From assembly GCF_018350175.1 (NCBI RefSeq), contig NC_058368.1:169820001-169884000 (forward strand): a DNA stretch of 64,000 nucleotides, in the 5' to 3' direction. A program made the translations under genes and the position numbers. A model generated the notes under the pieces. That model saw nothing but the letters and a program-made list of their open reading frames with translations, was not told the origin of the DNA and did not search any database. The stretch comes from Felis catus (taxonomy: Eukaryota). Positions 10,821-24,143 of the stretch are shown here, one piece after another (position 1 is the first letter of the stretch; the number at the start of each line of letters is the position of its first letter).

Positions 10821-13800
10821 TGAATCGTAAACTGACATAATGTAAATTGAATCTTATGTCTCTCTCTTCTGTAGTTGCAAGTTTCTCCCAGGCCTGACAG
10901 AAAACTTTAGCAGACTTAGTTGTATTTTACTTTTGAAATATTAACCATAGGTCAGAGTGCAGTGCTGATTTCTGGTTGTGAGATTTCCCTCTGATTTAGT
11001 TTAGCTGGTACCAACCTAGCCAGGGAAGACAGAGTGTGAGCTTTTTCCACACAGGTACCAGTTCAGTTACTGAGCAAATAAGACCCTGTCTGCTACAATG
11101 GTGAGGTCACAAAAGTCATCTTAACAGCCTGAGGAAATCAATTCCAACAATAGTCTAGGAACCACCTCTGACTCAGGGCTTTCTGGAGGCATAGAATTTC
11201 TGCCTCTGCATTGATAAGGTCATACATATGTATGCACCAGAACTCAGGCCTCCCTGGGGCTCTGGTTTTCAACTCTGAATAAATAGAAACTGGGACACAT
11301 TGGAATGAGACTGAAGGCTCTGGGAATATTGGAGCTTTGTACTTTTATTTTTTAAATAGCACGTATGTTTGGGGGATGGATAAAAAAGGATCCAGCCTTG
11401 TAGGGATGGGGAGGTAATCCTTCCACCCATCAGATGCAGGGCCATGCAAAGATAACCAATGTCGTCTGTAGAAGCTAGAAGCTTCCTATTCAGGGTAGAA
11501 TTGCTAGAGGATTTGTCCTTTGATTTGTTCTTTGATAAAGGAAAAGGAAAACAATACCGAGGAAGGGGGCAGGCAGTACCTAGGTAGTGAAAACAACATG
11601 GGTTGAGAGTTAGATTCCCTGTACTTTAATTCAAGCACTGCACAATTTCAGTTAGGACCAAGTCAGAAAGCCCAAGTCTTTTTACTTGACTGAAAAAATG
11701 AACCGTATTTGTTCTACAGATTGTCTTGATGCTGGTGTAAGAAGCATCGGGGTACCTAGTCTCTCTTCACCTTTCAAGCTTTTGTTTGCTTTGTGTTGGC
11801 TTTATTCTCAGGCTCCAAATGGTGCACAGTGGCTGCGAGCAGCTTCTGTCCTGAATCTTCCCAGGCTCTAGGCTGCCAGACAGAAAACCTTATTTTCCCC
11901 TAAGAGTTTAAACAGAAGTTCCAGATGGCCAAGGGTCTAAGGTCAGAGTGCTCTTACCAAGTGCATGGGAGAATGGATACTGGGTGCCCTTGTATCCACA
12001 CAAATTCACAGATGCCCCAGCCTGCCACTAGTAGGCATATGGCTATGGCTCACGTAATTTCTTATTGTCGAACTTTGCTTGTTTGTAAAATGTGGTCAAA
12101 CTTGATCATCTTTGTGAATTCCTCTAGTTCTAAGTTTATTTCCTATCTTCTTCACAGCCTTGGCTTTTTTACGTTTATTGAGCATTTATTCTAGACAGGC
12201 ATTCTTCTCATTCCTATTCTTGACTGATTGTATTTTACTATGTATAAGAAACAGATATGTATCTAAGAACATAATATATATCTTTGAATAGAGGTAACTA
12301 TAAAGAGCAACAGGAACACATAGCAGAGAACATTTAATTCATTTGTGATCATAACATTTGAATCCGGTTTGAAACTTGCCTAGACTTCAACAAGTCTGTG
12401 GTGCCAACATTAGGAGGCTGGATGCATGGATTACAGGGTGAAGTTGGAATTTATGGCAAGGGGAAAAGTGCAGTGGTAAATTCAGCCATACTTACATATT
12501 GACTTACTAGAGTCATCTACCCTCTTCCTTCTGGTAGTGCCCAAAGAGGGTTGAGGACAATATAAAGATAGATCAGAAGGCACTAATCAAATAAAGAGTG
12601 GAAAAGCATGATTTCAGAGCATGTAACAGGGAACTGAGTTAGGAAATAAATGCTGAAGGATAATTTAGGCTATCCTATGACTACCCTAAAATTATTATTT
12701 TATTAAGAGATTGTCAAAGAACAAAAGAAATCTAATTTCATTAAGCCAAACTAAACCATGCCACCACCATCACACCAGGAAAAACACAGCGACTTACATG
12801 AAGTTGGAAATCACTTGACAGAGGAGATTGGATTTTTTTTCCCCCTAAAATCTTGAAACCTAGGAGAGTCTCCCTTGTGATGGATTGTGTGTTCATACCT
12901 GAAGTCAGAGGAATAAATTAGAAGATATCTTAAAGCCCTAGGGTCCTCACATTCTGATAGTTGGTTTTACCTCAATAGTTGTTCTATGAAGTGACTTTAC
13001 CCCCAAATGAAAAATTACTGCTACATAGTAGTTCATGCTGATTGGGACACATGGGCCAAGGAACTATTTTAAAGAATACAAAGAGAATTCCATTCTGTCT
13101 AAATTGGGGTGGAAAATCACAACCAAAATTATCAGAAAAAAAAAAAAAAACACATTTATGTTCTCCTTGAAAATCTTGTTGAGAATGCCAGAAGGCATCC
13201 CAGGGAGGCTTACTGCAAAGACAGGAACTGTGGGAAAGGAGGGAGTTAGTCAGGGATGAAAGATTGGTTCTTCCTACTCTGACCTCCCTTTCTAATCCAC
13301 TTCTTCTCTCAAGCACATTCTTAAGAGAATTCCCTTTTCTAGGGAGAATTAATTGCAGTTTTATTTAGGAATAAGAGAGTGTTTTACTTTACCCTTTAAA
13401 TTTCCTTCTAGGACTATTATGATTCCATTAGAATGCCTTAGGTATTCAGTAGTGTCAGGATACTAAATATGTGTTCTTGGTTCTAACACAAAAAGCAGAA
13501 AAAAAATGTTTCAAAGAGAAGAAAAAGAAGGAAAAAAAAGAAAGTCATTCCTATTCAATGTTTTCTTTACACAGGAATAAAAATATTTAGCATTGTAGTG
13601 ATTTTCACACTGAAGATGAATGTCAGTTTACTGCAAAGATGTGAATTAATTCTTGAAGTAAAGTCTAATACCCAAAGTAAATTTTTGAATGCATCTTAGG
13701 AAAAGCATGCTGTACTAGGCACTATGGAGAATGTTAAAGACATATTCACCATGTCAGGGGGCTTCTGGACTAATGGGAGATAAGATTTAGATTGATGTAG

Positions 13801-14629
13801 GTACATTATGCTAAGAGACTTCCTCCAAGGTGGGGGGGGGGGGGAATCCATCAGGATTAATTCTAAAGATGGAAGTGAAATTTTCTATGGACCCTGAAAC
13901 AAGTACAGATTTTCTGACAAGAGGGAAGGGGAGGGGAGGGTTTCAAGGCGGAAGGAACATCATGAGCAAAGGGAGGTGGGAAGCAAAAGGGGCAACAGGT
14001 GTATCAGTTTGACTGGAACAACAGGTTACACACAGAGTAGGTGCAGCTTACAAGGACTTGACTAGTAGTAAGGAAGGAATAGCAAAAAGCTATGTAGAAA
14101 TCTCTGGTTTACCTTTGGGGTTGGAAAGGGACTGACCCAGCAGGAAGTATGGACTGGCCTTTGTGCTGAGCCCTTGCTGCTACACTATCGTGCTGCACTG
14201 TGGTAGGAATTGCTGGAAAGACTATGAAGGAGTTAAAGGGAGAAGGGAAAATGCTTTCTGGGATCATCAGGGTTCTTAAATTTGAGGCACGTTCTAATAA
14301 TTGTTTGGTCTTTCACGTCATTTTCTTCCTCCAGACCAAATTCCTACTCAAGCTGCCAACATCAGCTCCCATTCTTCTCCTGTATGATAGGAATCGTTTC
14401 CTTTCATTTAGTATAATCTGTATCACGTGCTGACATGTGATCACCTGACTCTCAAACCAGCCTTACCAAGTATGTATTATTATCTCCATTGTAGAGCCAA
14501 GCAGAATGGTACTCACAGAATTTAAGCAGCTGTCCTCAAAGAATATGGGCACTAAGGGTCAGAGCCCGAACTCAAACTTCCCAGGCATGTGAGTGATCCA
14601 CTTTGAAGAGGATCCTACATGCAGTCACA

Positions 14630-14775
14630 CTGTTAGATGAACAGAGCCCCTCCTGACACATGACTGAAACCTCGTGAGAGAACCCAAATAAGAAGCCAAG
14701 TCCTGACTGGATTCCTGACAAAAAGCAGCAGTGAGAGAGAAAAAATAACTGTCTTTGTTTAAAGCTGCATGAACT
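14630..14775 (+). mobile_element. MaLR (MLT1-type) LTR 3' fragment
   Basis: gattcctgac...gtgagagagaaaaaataactgtctttgtttaaagctgc resembles MLT1 R/U5. Confidence 0.5.
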
Positions 14776-14809
14776 ATCTTAAGGGTCCCAGTCAGGCATC
14801 TTCCCTCAA

Positions 14810-15146
14810 TCCTGTTTTTGTCCAGTAGGTTCACAAAGTGCCCATTGTGTTAGGGTGAGACGTTACCTTTACTCTCAGCAACACGGCTTTCCTCTCACCA
14901 AGGCTGACTGGGCTGCAGAGAGCCCACTGCTGAGAGCCCAACATGTCCACAGCAGACCAACACTTAAGCTCCTGTGACAGCACAGTACTCCAGGGGAATC
15001 AGTTAGCTGAGCACATAGGACCACTTCCATCGTGGGAGAGAGACATGTTGTTCTGGTTAGGAAGGACATTTACTCTTTTGGGCACTGATTTGCTTTCCCT
15101 GCCAGAACTACCATTCATTGCCTTAAGGCATGTCTTATTTACTGTC
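14810..15146 (+). mobile_element. ERVL-type internal fragment, integrase N-terminal region (dead)
   Basis: cagcaacacggctttcctctcaccaaggctgac = QQHGFPLTKAD and cataggaccacttccatcgtgg = IGPLPSW match ERVL integrase motifs QQHGLPLTKADL / DYIGPLPSW. Confidence 0.8.
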
Positions 15147-15149
15147 ATG

Positions 15150-15655
15150 GTGCATTAGTTTTCAGTGTTGCATAACAAATTACCACAAACTTATTGACTT
15201 AAAACAACACACATTTATTATCTCACGGTTTCCAAGGGTCAAGATCGTAGGCATTGCTTATCTTGATTCTCTGCTGTCTCAACAGCCTGCAAAGTGTAGT
15301 CTGTCAGTGTTTCCATCTGGAGGTTCAGCTAGGGAAGAATCTGCTTCTAGTCTCATTTGGCTTATTACTGGCTGTCATTCCGGAGAATGATCTCAGGTTG
15401 TAGAGGTTACATGCAGTTCCTTACCATGTGACTCACTCTAGAGGCAGTTCAAAATATGACTATTTACTTGTCAAGGCCAACGGGAGGATCTCTTTCTCCA
15501 GTATGTAAGATAAATCTTACATAATGAAATATGATACTGAGAATAATATCCCATCACCTTTGTCATATCTGCAAAGTCCTTTTTGCCATGGAAGGTAATG
15601 TATTTATAGGTTCTGGAATTAGAATGTGGGCATGTTTGGGTAGCTATTATAGAGT
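15150..15655 (-). mobile_element. MaLR MLT1 LTR
   Basis: tgcattagttttcagtgttgcataacaaattaccacaaactt...aaacaacacacatttattatctcac antisense MLT1 end. Confidence 0.8.
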
Positions 15656-15937
15656 TGCTCTAAGGCTTAAAAGAACATATATCAGTCAGAGGTCTTTGTA
15701 AGGAAGTATACAAAACCAAGATATGTTTTTATCATTAGGATAACTGGAATTCTATTTTAATAAAAATTACATTAGAATAATACATTGTAGGACTAATAAA
15801 AACAGGTCAAAATATTTACCACTAGATTCTGTGGATTTCTTCAACCTATTACAGCTTGTCACAGAAATAAATGCAATTTTGTAAAAAAAATGAGTCATTG
15901 ATTTTTTTTAATTAGAATAAATATGCTAAATAATACC

Positions 15938-16000
15938 TATATATATGTATGTATATATATAAAACATAGCTATATATATCATATGTATATATATATATAA
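15938..16000. repeat. (TA)n-rich simple repeat
   Basis: Direct reading. Confidence 0.85.
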
Positions 16001-16037
16001 CACAACATATTACATATAATTGAAAATCAGTGACTTC

Positions 16038-16061
16038 TTAAAGTTTTATTTATTTTGAGAG

Positions 16062-16095
<34 letters not shown>

Positions 16096-16224
16096 GCAGA
16101 CAGAGAAAGAGAGTCCCAAGCAGGCTCTGCCTGATGTGGGGCTCCAACCCATGAACCATGAGGTTATGACTTGAGCTGAAATCAAGAGTCTGATGCTCAA
16201 CCAACTGAGCCACCCTGGTGCCCT
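16038..16224 (-). mobile_element. Can-SINE (downstream member of tandem pair)
   Basis: Antisense tail, (GA)n, ...ccaactgagccaccctggtgccct. Confidence 0.9.
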
Positions 16225-16228
16225 CCCC

Positions 16229-16405
16229 TTTTTTAAGTTTATTTTTGAGAGAGAGAGAGAGCAAGGGAGGGGAAGAGAGAGAATTGCAAGTAGGCTCCCT
16301 GCTATCAGCACAGAGCCTGATGTGGTCCTCAATTCCACAGACTGTGAGAGCATGACCTAAAACTGAGAGTGAGATGCATAACTGACTGAACCACTCAGGC
16401 ACCCT
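16229..16405 (-). mobile_element. Can-SINE (upstream member of tandem pair)
   Basis: Antisense tail, (GA)n, ...actgaaccactcaggcaccct. Confidence 0.9.
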
Positions 16406-18140
16406 GAAAAGCGGTGACATTTTTACTCAAAGTTTGGCTTCTCCAAACTAAAAAGATTGCTTTCTTAAACTTTTATTTCCTTTTGTTTGGCATTATTAGT
16501 TTTGATACATATAATTTTATTAGGGGGAATTGAATGTAATAAGCTAGTGCATCCAAAAGTACACGTGTAGATTAAAGACTGCATGTGAAAAAGAGCAGAG
16601 CAGCACAGGAAGGCACGCTGCAGATTGTAGGATGTGTGCTTTTGTGACCCCAGATGGAATTTGGTCAAAGGCACACAGGAAGTTGCTAGGATTGAACTGT
16701 GCAGGCCTTTTTGCTGATTGCTTTCACTGCAGGCCCCACCCTGTGTTACCAATACCAGAAGGGGAACAAGACTCATGGAAACAAAGTCAATATTAATCGA
16801 GAGCAAATCAACTTCTGTAGGAGCTTCATCTTGGAGAAGGTAGTTTGGAGGGAAGTTGAGAAAAGATTGTGCAGCTTAAAAGGATGTGATAAAGCAGGAA
16901 GAAATTGACCCAATTTCCTCTTTATTGAAGCGACCTACCCTAACACAACAGGCATCGTGTTTCTGGAACACTGATGCTCAACGGAGAGTGTGAGTTGGCA
17001 TTTTACATTCTGTGCTTCAGTAAAGGTGCTTGTCTTTTACCAAATGTGCACACCTTGGGCCACCATTGCAGATTTCTAAAATTTGTAGAAGGCAAGTATA
17101 TCTCAAGTGCCACTCTTTTGGAGAAGAGGCAGTATGTGCAGATAGAGTCCCTCCTCTCCCCTAGATAACCGTAAACGCACAGTAACATTATTAACCTTTT
17201 GATGCCAGATTTTTCTTAATTGAGTTTATGTTCATGGGTGACCGACATCCTTCTTCACCCACCCTTTTTGTTTTTATTCAACCCCGAGTCTCTGAGTGGT
17301 CTGGAAAACGAAGTGCTCTTTTGAGCATGTAATCTTGCCTGGAATACTCAAAGCAGCATGCACTTGCAGCCCCAGCAGCTAGGCATTAAGAACTCCTCTG
17401 ACTGAGACTGAATAGAATGAGAAACTGAGAGGAGTCTCTTTGGACTTGGGGCTTTTAACTCTCAAGAGCAAGAAAATTTGATTTTGAAGTTTAATTTTTT
17501 TGGACTTGAATGTTTTTGGACTTAAACTTGCAAGTAAATTTAATCTCTGATCTTTTCTCTCTGGGAATTTGATAATAGGAAGGGGTTTATATTAAATCTT
17601 GGTACATCTCTAGGTTGGCATTTAATTATTTGAGTATCTTCATGTTGTCATCTAATCTCACTGCAGGATTTATGACATGCTGTTTTGGGTAATGTTGCTG
17701 GAACTAACTTGAAAACCGACATAGAGAAGAGAAAGACTTTTATTTTCAGCCTTGATTACAGAATGGAATTGGTTAATTATTGCTCCTTTCTGACCAGTTC
17801 CAAAATACACTGGAGTCAAATCTAAGCTGTCCACAGTTGTCCCAAGATAATACATAAAAGAGCAGTGAGTGGCCTTAGGAGAGTGGTCTGTTGAAGATGC
17901 GAGCAAGGCTCTGCCCTGAAGGCTTGCTCTTCTCCCCTAAAAGGGAAAGTCTCAGCCCTGGTTGACCACAGACTTCATGATTAAGCCCAATGGTTAAGAG
18001 AATGTAAAACTAGGGAATGTAAGTAGCAAACACTTTTCAACTCCTGATGTCTTCTTCCATGAAAAGGGAGTGGATAGTATATTCTTGTTCTTTCTCATTC
18101 TTTATTCCTTCCACTCCAGAGTAGGGAGGGAGAGTTTGTC

Positions 18141-18249
18141 TTTTATTTTATTTTATTTATTTTATTTATTTTATTTTATTTTATTTTATTTTATTTTATT
18201 TTATTTTATTTTATTATTTTATTTTATTTTATTTTAGATGTTTATTTAT

Positions 18250-18293
<44 letters not shown>

Positions 18294-18432
18294 TGTGAGC
18301 AGGGGAGGGGCAGAGAGAGAGTATCCCGAGTAGGCTCCACACTGAGTGGCCCTCCATCTCAACTGTGAGATCACAGCTTAAGCCGATAACAAGAGTTGGA
18401 TGCTCAACTGTCTGAGCCACCCTGGCACTGCC
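18141..18432 (-). mobile_element. Can-SINE with expanded (TAAAA)n tail
   Basis: (ttttA)n at 18141-18235, (GA)n, ...actgtctgagccaccctggcactgcc. Confidence 0.88.
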
Positions 18433-18435
18433 GTC

Positions 18436-19530
18436 ACATTTCAAATACAAGTCCTGTGACTTTCATGTGTGATTTCATATGTTTTCTCTCGGTCTGTGGT
18501 TTGTTTTTTCATTCTCTTAACAGTGACTATCACAGAGTAAATAAATTTTTTTTAATTTTGATGAAACCTAATTTTTAATTTTCTTTTCCTTTATGGGTCA
18601 TGATTTAAATATAGCGTCTATGGGCTCTTCACCAAATTGTAGCTCATGACTACGTTTCCTTTGTTTTCTTCTAAAAGTTTTATAATTTTGTGTTTACATT
18701 TAGATCTGTGATCTATTTTGAATTAGTTTTTATATAAGTGAGTTTAGGTCAAAGGTCATATTTTTTTGCCTTCATATTAGCGTATACTTAATTGCTTCAG
18801 TACCATTTGTTGGAAAGACTGTAATTTATCCATTAAATTTTTTATATCTTTGTCCAAAATCAGATTGCCACATTCGTGTAGAAATATTTCTGGACTTTTT
18901 CTTCCGTTCCATTGATTTCTGTGTTGTTCCTTCCCCAATATCATTCTATCTTTGGTAAGTGTTAGATTCATTTCCTTCAACTGTTTTTGGTTTTGTTTTT
19001 GTTTTTTCAGAATTATGTCAGCTATTCTAGCTTCTCTATTCTTTCATATAAATTTTAGAAACAGTTTGTTCATATCTATAAAACATTATTCTAAAAAATA
19101 TATTATTCTGAGGCTTTAGTTTGTATTCCAGTAATACATAGATCAATTTGGGGAGAATTGACATCTTTATTATTTGACTTATTATCTATTATTGCTGAAT
19201 CTTCTACTCCATGATTATGATATATCTCTCTATTTAGGTTGTCTTTTATTTCATTTATCAGAATTGTAAAGATTTTAATAAGAGCTCTTAGGTTTTTCAG
19301 ATTTATGGTATTGGTATTTGATTTTTGTTGCAACTATAAATGACATTGTTTTTAAGTGTCCAGTTATACATTGCTAGTATATGTAATTGATTTTTGTGTG
19401 CTGACCTTTTATCTTATGACTGTTAAACTCAGTGGTTCTAGGAGCTTTCTTGTCGATTCTTTGGGACTGTTGACATGGCTAATCTTATAGTTCTTGAGTA
19501 AGGGTATTTGTTTTTTTCTTTCCTCTAGGT
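18436..19530 (-). mobile_element. Old L1 ORF2 fragment (L1MB/MC-like)
   Basis: Antisense ORF2; ORF track fragments such as NQWNGRKSPEI and NEIKDNLNR. Confidence 0.8.
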
Positions 19531-20014
19531 ATTTATCCTTTTTTTTTTTTTTTTTTCTCATTTAAGTAGAGTTGTTGATAAGCTCTCAAGGTTCACATTA
19601 TAAAATTGGACTTCAGGGCCTTCCAAGATGGTGATACTTTGATCAGTTTGGAACTCTGAACATTTGTTTCTTGAGGGTAACAGTGAATTGGAAACAGTAC
19701 TGTCCTCTCAGGGATGAAACCTTGTTCGAATCCTACCTTTATTTAAAGAATTAAGGTTCTACTGATTTGCTAGTGTCCCTAGCATTGTACCAGGGGGAAC
19801 ATTAATTTCTTCATGGAAAAAAAATAACTCTAGGCCTCAAATTGATTGACCTTATTATTTTTATATAAAATGGCTGGCATTCAACAGAGAAAGCTAAAAA
19901 CACAAGAAGAAAAACGTGCCCAAATCCCAAGAGGAAGAACATAATCTAGTGAGGTAATACATAGATGCAAATAAAGAACAAGTCACTTATAGACTTTAAA
20001 ATAACTTTCCTCAA

Positions 20015-20235
20015 GGGGCACCTGGGTGGCTCAGTTGGTTGAGCCTCTGACCAGCTCAGGTCATGATCTCATGGTTTGTGACTTCAAGCCCTGCATTGGG
20101 CCCTGTGCTGACAGCTAGGAGCCTGGAACCTGCTTCAGATTCAGTGTGTGTGTCTCTCTCTCTGCCTGTCCCCCACTCGCACTCTGTCTCTCTCTCTCTA
20201 AAAAATAAAGATTAAAAAAAAATCTTAAAAAAAAA
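20015..20235 (+). mobile_element. Can-SINE
   Basis: Full head/CT/A tail; TSD aactttcctcaa / aactctcctcaa. Confidence 0.93.
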
Positions 20236-20516
20236 CTCTCCTCAAAATGCTTAAGGAAATGAGTGAACATTTTGAAAGAGAACTGAAAACAATAAAAAGT
20301 AATAAGTTATAGAACTTCTGTAACTAAAAAAATATAATATCTAAGTTTAGGAACTTAATGGATGAGTTAAAAACATTATTTACACTTGAATAGGCAACAA
20401 TGAATCGGAAAACATTTCAGAAGGAAATATCCACAATGAACCATGCAAAAGCAAAAAGAGGGAAAATACAAAAAATAGTGTAAGAGAAAGAAGGATGCAT
20501 AAAAAAAATTCTAATA

Positions 20517-20731
20517 GGGGCACCTGGGTGGCACAGTCGGTTAAGCGTCCGACTTCAGCCAGGTCACGATCTTGCGGTCCGTGAGTTCGAGCCCCGCGTC
20601 AGGCTCTGGGCTGATGGCTCGGAGCCTGGAGCCTGTTTCCGATTCTGTGTCTCCCTCTCTCTCTGCCCCTCCCCCGTTCATGCTCTGTCTCTCTCTGTCC
20701 CAAAAATAAATAAATGTTGAAAAAAAATTAA
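20517..20731 (+). mobile_element. Young felid Can-SINE (SINEC_Fc-like)
   Basis: CpG-rich near-consensus copy; perfect TSD aaaaaaaattctaata at 20501-20516 and 20732-20747. Confidence 0.96.
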
Positions 20732-21157
20732 AAAAAAAATTCTAATAAAGAAGGAGAGAAGAGAGAGCAAGAGCAGGAGAATGATGAAGAAAGAATTTAG
20801 AATTTTCTACAAAAGATGACAGACACCAAACCATATATTCACGACAGTATGAACAATAAGTAGGACATATCATAGAATAATAAACCCACTAAAATCAATG
20901 AAAAAGTAAAAGCTGTAAAGAACCCAGGGGTAAAAAAAAGCTAGTTTATCTAAAAGATGCAACATTCACAGTGTCAGCTGACTTCAACAGAAAGAATGGA
21001 AACTGGAAGAAAAAGAAATACCTTTAAAGTGTTAAAATAATTCAAAACCCAGAATTAAAAGTCCAGTAAATCGCCCCCCCAAAATGCAGAATTAAAAATA
21101 TTTGCGTTTAAACAAAAACAGAGTACTTACTAAGAGTGAAAACCACTAAAGGAAGCA

Positions 21158-22491
21158 TTTCGGTTCAGGGTTTGTGGAATCTTAGAACTCATTAACTTTG
21201 GGCCCATTGTAAAAGAAAGAATTCATCTTTTGAGTACAAATTTAAGTTAAAAATAAATAACAAAGAAATACTTTTTTTTTTTCAACGTTTATTTATTTTT
21301 GGGACAGAGAGAGACAGAGCATGAACGGGGGAGGGGCAGAGAGAGAGGGAGACACAGAATCTGAAACAGGCTCCAGGCTCTGAGCCATCAGCCCAGAGCC
21401 CGACGCGGGGCTCGAACTCACAGACCGCAAGATCGTGACCTGGCTGAAGTCGGACGCTTAACCGACTGCGCCACCCAGGCGCCCCAAAGAAATACTTTTA
21501 AAACAGTAAAAAAAAATACCACAGATACCTCAAAATCCAAATTATGCATTTTAATTAAATAACTACCAAACATATCTATAATCCTTCTTTTAAATATTTG
21601 AGTTGCTTACTACACCAATTTTGCCTACTGTTTCATTTAAACCACTAGATATCACCAGCAAAATATGCATCAAATACTCTAAAATACCCTTTCGTTAATA
21701 TGCATAAAGTATGCATACCCTTTCGTTGATATGCATAAAATATCACGTTGACATTCATATACTACTCATGTGTGTAATCCAGAAACAGAAATTTTGATAC
21801 GTTTTACTTCACACATCTCCCATCAAGAAAGAAAATGTATGTATTGTTTATTTATAATGTTCTTATTTAATATATTCAGGATAAGAAAAACCTTTTTTTT
21901 AGACCGTAATCATCAATTTATGATTTTCCATGTCTGATGAATCAAAAAATTTCTCACCTACTGGCTACTGGTTTTGAACATTTCAATCTTTTCTATTTAT
22001 TTATTTATTTATTTATTTATTTATTTGTTTGTTTGTTTGTTTGCATAAGCACTCCCTCAATGCCGAGCACCATAGGATATATTCTTGTGGTACTCCCTGG
22101 CCTTCCATCTTTGTGTCATGATGTGAATCATGCAAAACAGCTGGTAGGAATATCCCAAGATGGCTAGAAATTATTTAACTATGCACGGAAGTGACAATGA
22201 ATGACAAAAATATATTCCACTAAATCTAAGCTAAATGCATGTAACTCAGCCTTCTCCTAGCTTGTATCCAATCATGTACTATTTGTTGTGAAAGGAAGTT
22301 TGCTGGGGAAGAAACATGAGTATGAAGAGTCTTGGTCTTAACTCATTGCAGCTAAAACATCTTATCGTGCAAATTTTATAAAAGCATATAATCATGTGGA
22401 CCATTAGAAGGGGCCCTTACCAGTGAGGGTTTTTTTTTTTTTTTTTTTTTTGAACTTAAGCTTCAATACCTTCACAGGAAATCAGTCTCTG
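21158..22491 (+). mobile_element. Non-autonomous hAT element with MER53-like termini and long internal region
   Basis: Left cagggtttgtggaatcttagaactc...gggccc and right gaaggggcccttaccagtgaggg...cttaagcttcaataccttcacaggaaatcagtctctg resemble MER53 ends. 8-bp flanks aggaagca (21150-21157) / agaaagca (22492-22499). Confidence 0.6.
21276..21485 (-). mobile_element. Young felid Can-SINE (SINEC_Fc-like)
   Basis: CpG-rich; perfect TSD aaagaaatactttt at 21262-21275 and 21486-21499. Confidence 0.96.
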
Positions 22492-23339
22492 AGAAAGCAT
22501 ATTCTTCAGGCATAAAAACAAACAAACAAACAAACAAACAAAAAAACCTTGATTGTAGATGGAAATTCTGACATGCAGGGAAGAAGGAAGAAGCAAAAAC
22601 TGGTACCTGTAAGGGTGAATGCAATGAATATTACCACATAAAACAATAAAATTAAGTCACCTGTCGTTTAAAATTAGAATTAAACTACATAATAAGAATA
22701 GACTATTAGTCAAGAGGGAGGAGAAATCATTCCTGAATTGTCTTGGAAAAATGGTGCTGGTACCAAACATCAACTTGAGTAAGTATACGAGGCATGTTTT
22801 AATCTAGTGAAATCACTGAAAGAATAGTAAAGGAATGTACAACTACTGAGTTAATAGGAAAATGGAATATTAAAAGAAACTAGGCAACAAAGGGAGAAAA
22901 AAGAGCAGAATGTAGGCAAGGCAAATAGAAGACACTTAATAAAATGAAGATTTAATTGCAAATACATCATTCATGATATTAAATACGAATGAACTATCTG
23001 ACACCATTAGAAAACAAAAGATTGCAAGACCGGATTAGAACAGAGTAACTACACGCTGCTTATAAGTGATGCACGTAACATAGAAGGCACAGAAAGTTTG
23101 GAAGTAAAAGGGTAGGAAGAGATAATGTAATTCAAATGCTAACAAAAAAGCTGATCTTTCTAAATTAATATCAGACAAAGACAAGAAACATTATTAAAGA
23201 CAAGTTGGGGTATTTTGTCATGACATAATATTTCACCAGAAAGGCATAATAATTCTAAATGTGTATGCTTTATGAAGCAAATATTGACAAAACTAAAAGG
23301 AAAAAAAATAGACAAATCACATTCATGGGGGATATTTTA

Positions 23340-23584
23340 TTTTATTTATTTTATTTTTTTAAATAAAAAATTTTTTTAATGTTTATTTATTTTTGAGAGA
23401 GAGAGAGAGAGACAGAGCGTGAGTAGGGGAGGGGCAGAGAGAGAGGGAAACACAGAATCAGAAACAGGCTCCAGGCTGTGAGCTGTGAGCACAGAGCCCG
23501 ATGCGGGGCTTGAACTCACAAACTGTGAGATCATGACTTGAGCCAAAGTCGGACGCTTAACCAACTGAGCCACCCAGGCGCCCC
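23340..23584 (-). mobile_element. Can-SINE
   Basis: Perfect TSD atgggggatatttta at 23325-23339 and 23585-23599. Confidence 0.95.
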
Positions 23585-23930
23585 ATGGGGGATATTTTAG
23601 CATACCTTTCTTTCTACTGTATGTTTAAGAAACTACACAGATCTCAAAGAAACAAAACAAAACAAAATGAAAGTAAGAATACATACCAAACTCAGTTTAT
23701 AAATTAGCCTGACAGGGACATTAAAAGAAAAATTATAGGTCAATCTCATTCGTAAACACAGATACAAAACTTTTAAACAACATACTATCAAATCATGTCC
23801 AGGAATACATAAAAATGATAATATGCCATGACTAAGTTGGCTTTGTTTAGGAACATAGTTTGGTATAATAATGGAAGTCAACCACTGTAATTTATCACAG
23901 TAACAGAATAAAGAGGAAAACTCATAGACA

Positions 23931-24143
23931 GGGGTGCCTGGGTGGCTCAGTTGGTTAAGTGTCTGACTTCAGCTCAGATCATGATCTCACGGTTCATGGG
24001 TTCGACTCCTGCGTTGGGCTCTGTGCTGATAGCTCAGAGCCTGGAACCTGTTTCAGATTTGTTTCCCTCTCTTTCTGCCTCTCCCCAACTCACTCTGTCT
24101 CTCTCTCTCTCAAAAACAAATAAACATTAAAAAAATTTTTTAA
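23931..24143 (+). mobile_element. Can-SINE
   Basis: ggggtgcctgggtggctcagttggttaag head, CT tract, A tail. Confidence 0.94.

Noticed and set aside
20517..20600. tRNA-like sequence with A/B boxes
   Set aside because: Head of a tRNA-derived Can-SINE, not a tRNA gene; applies to all SINE copies.
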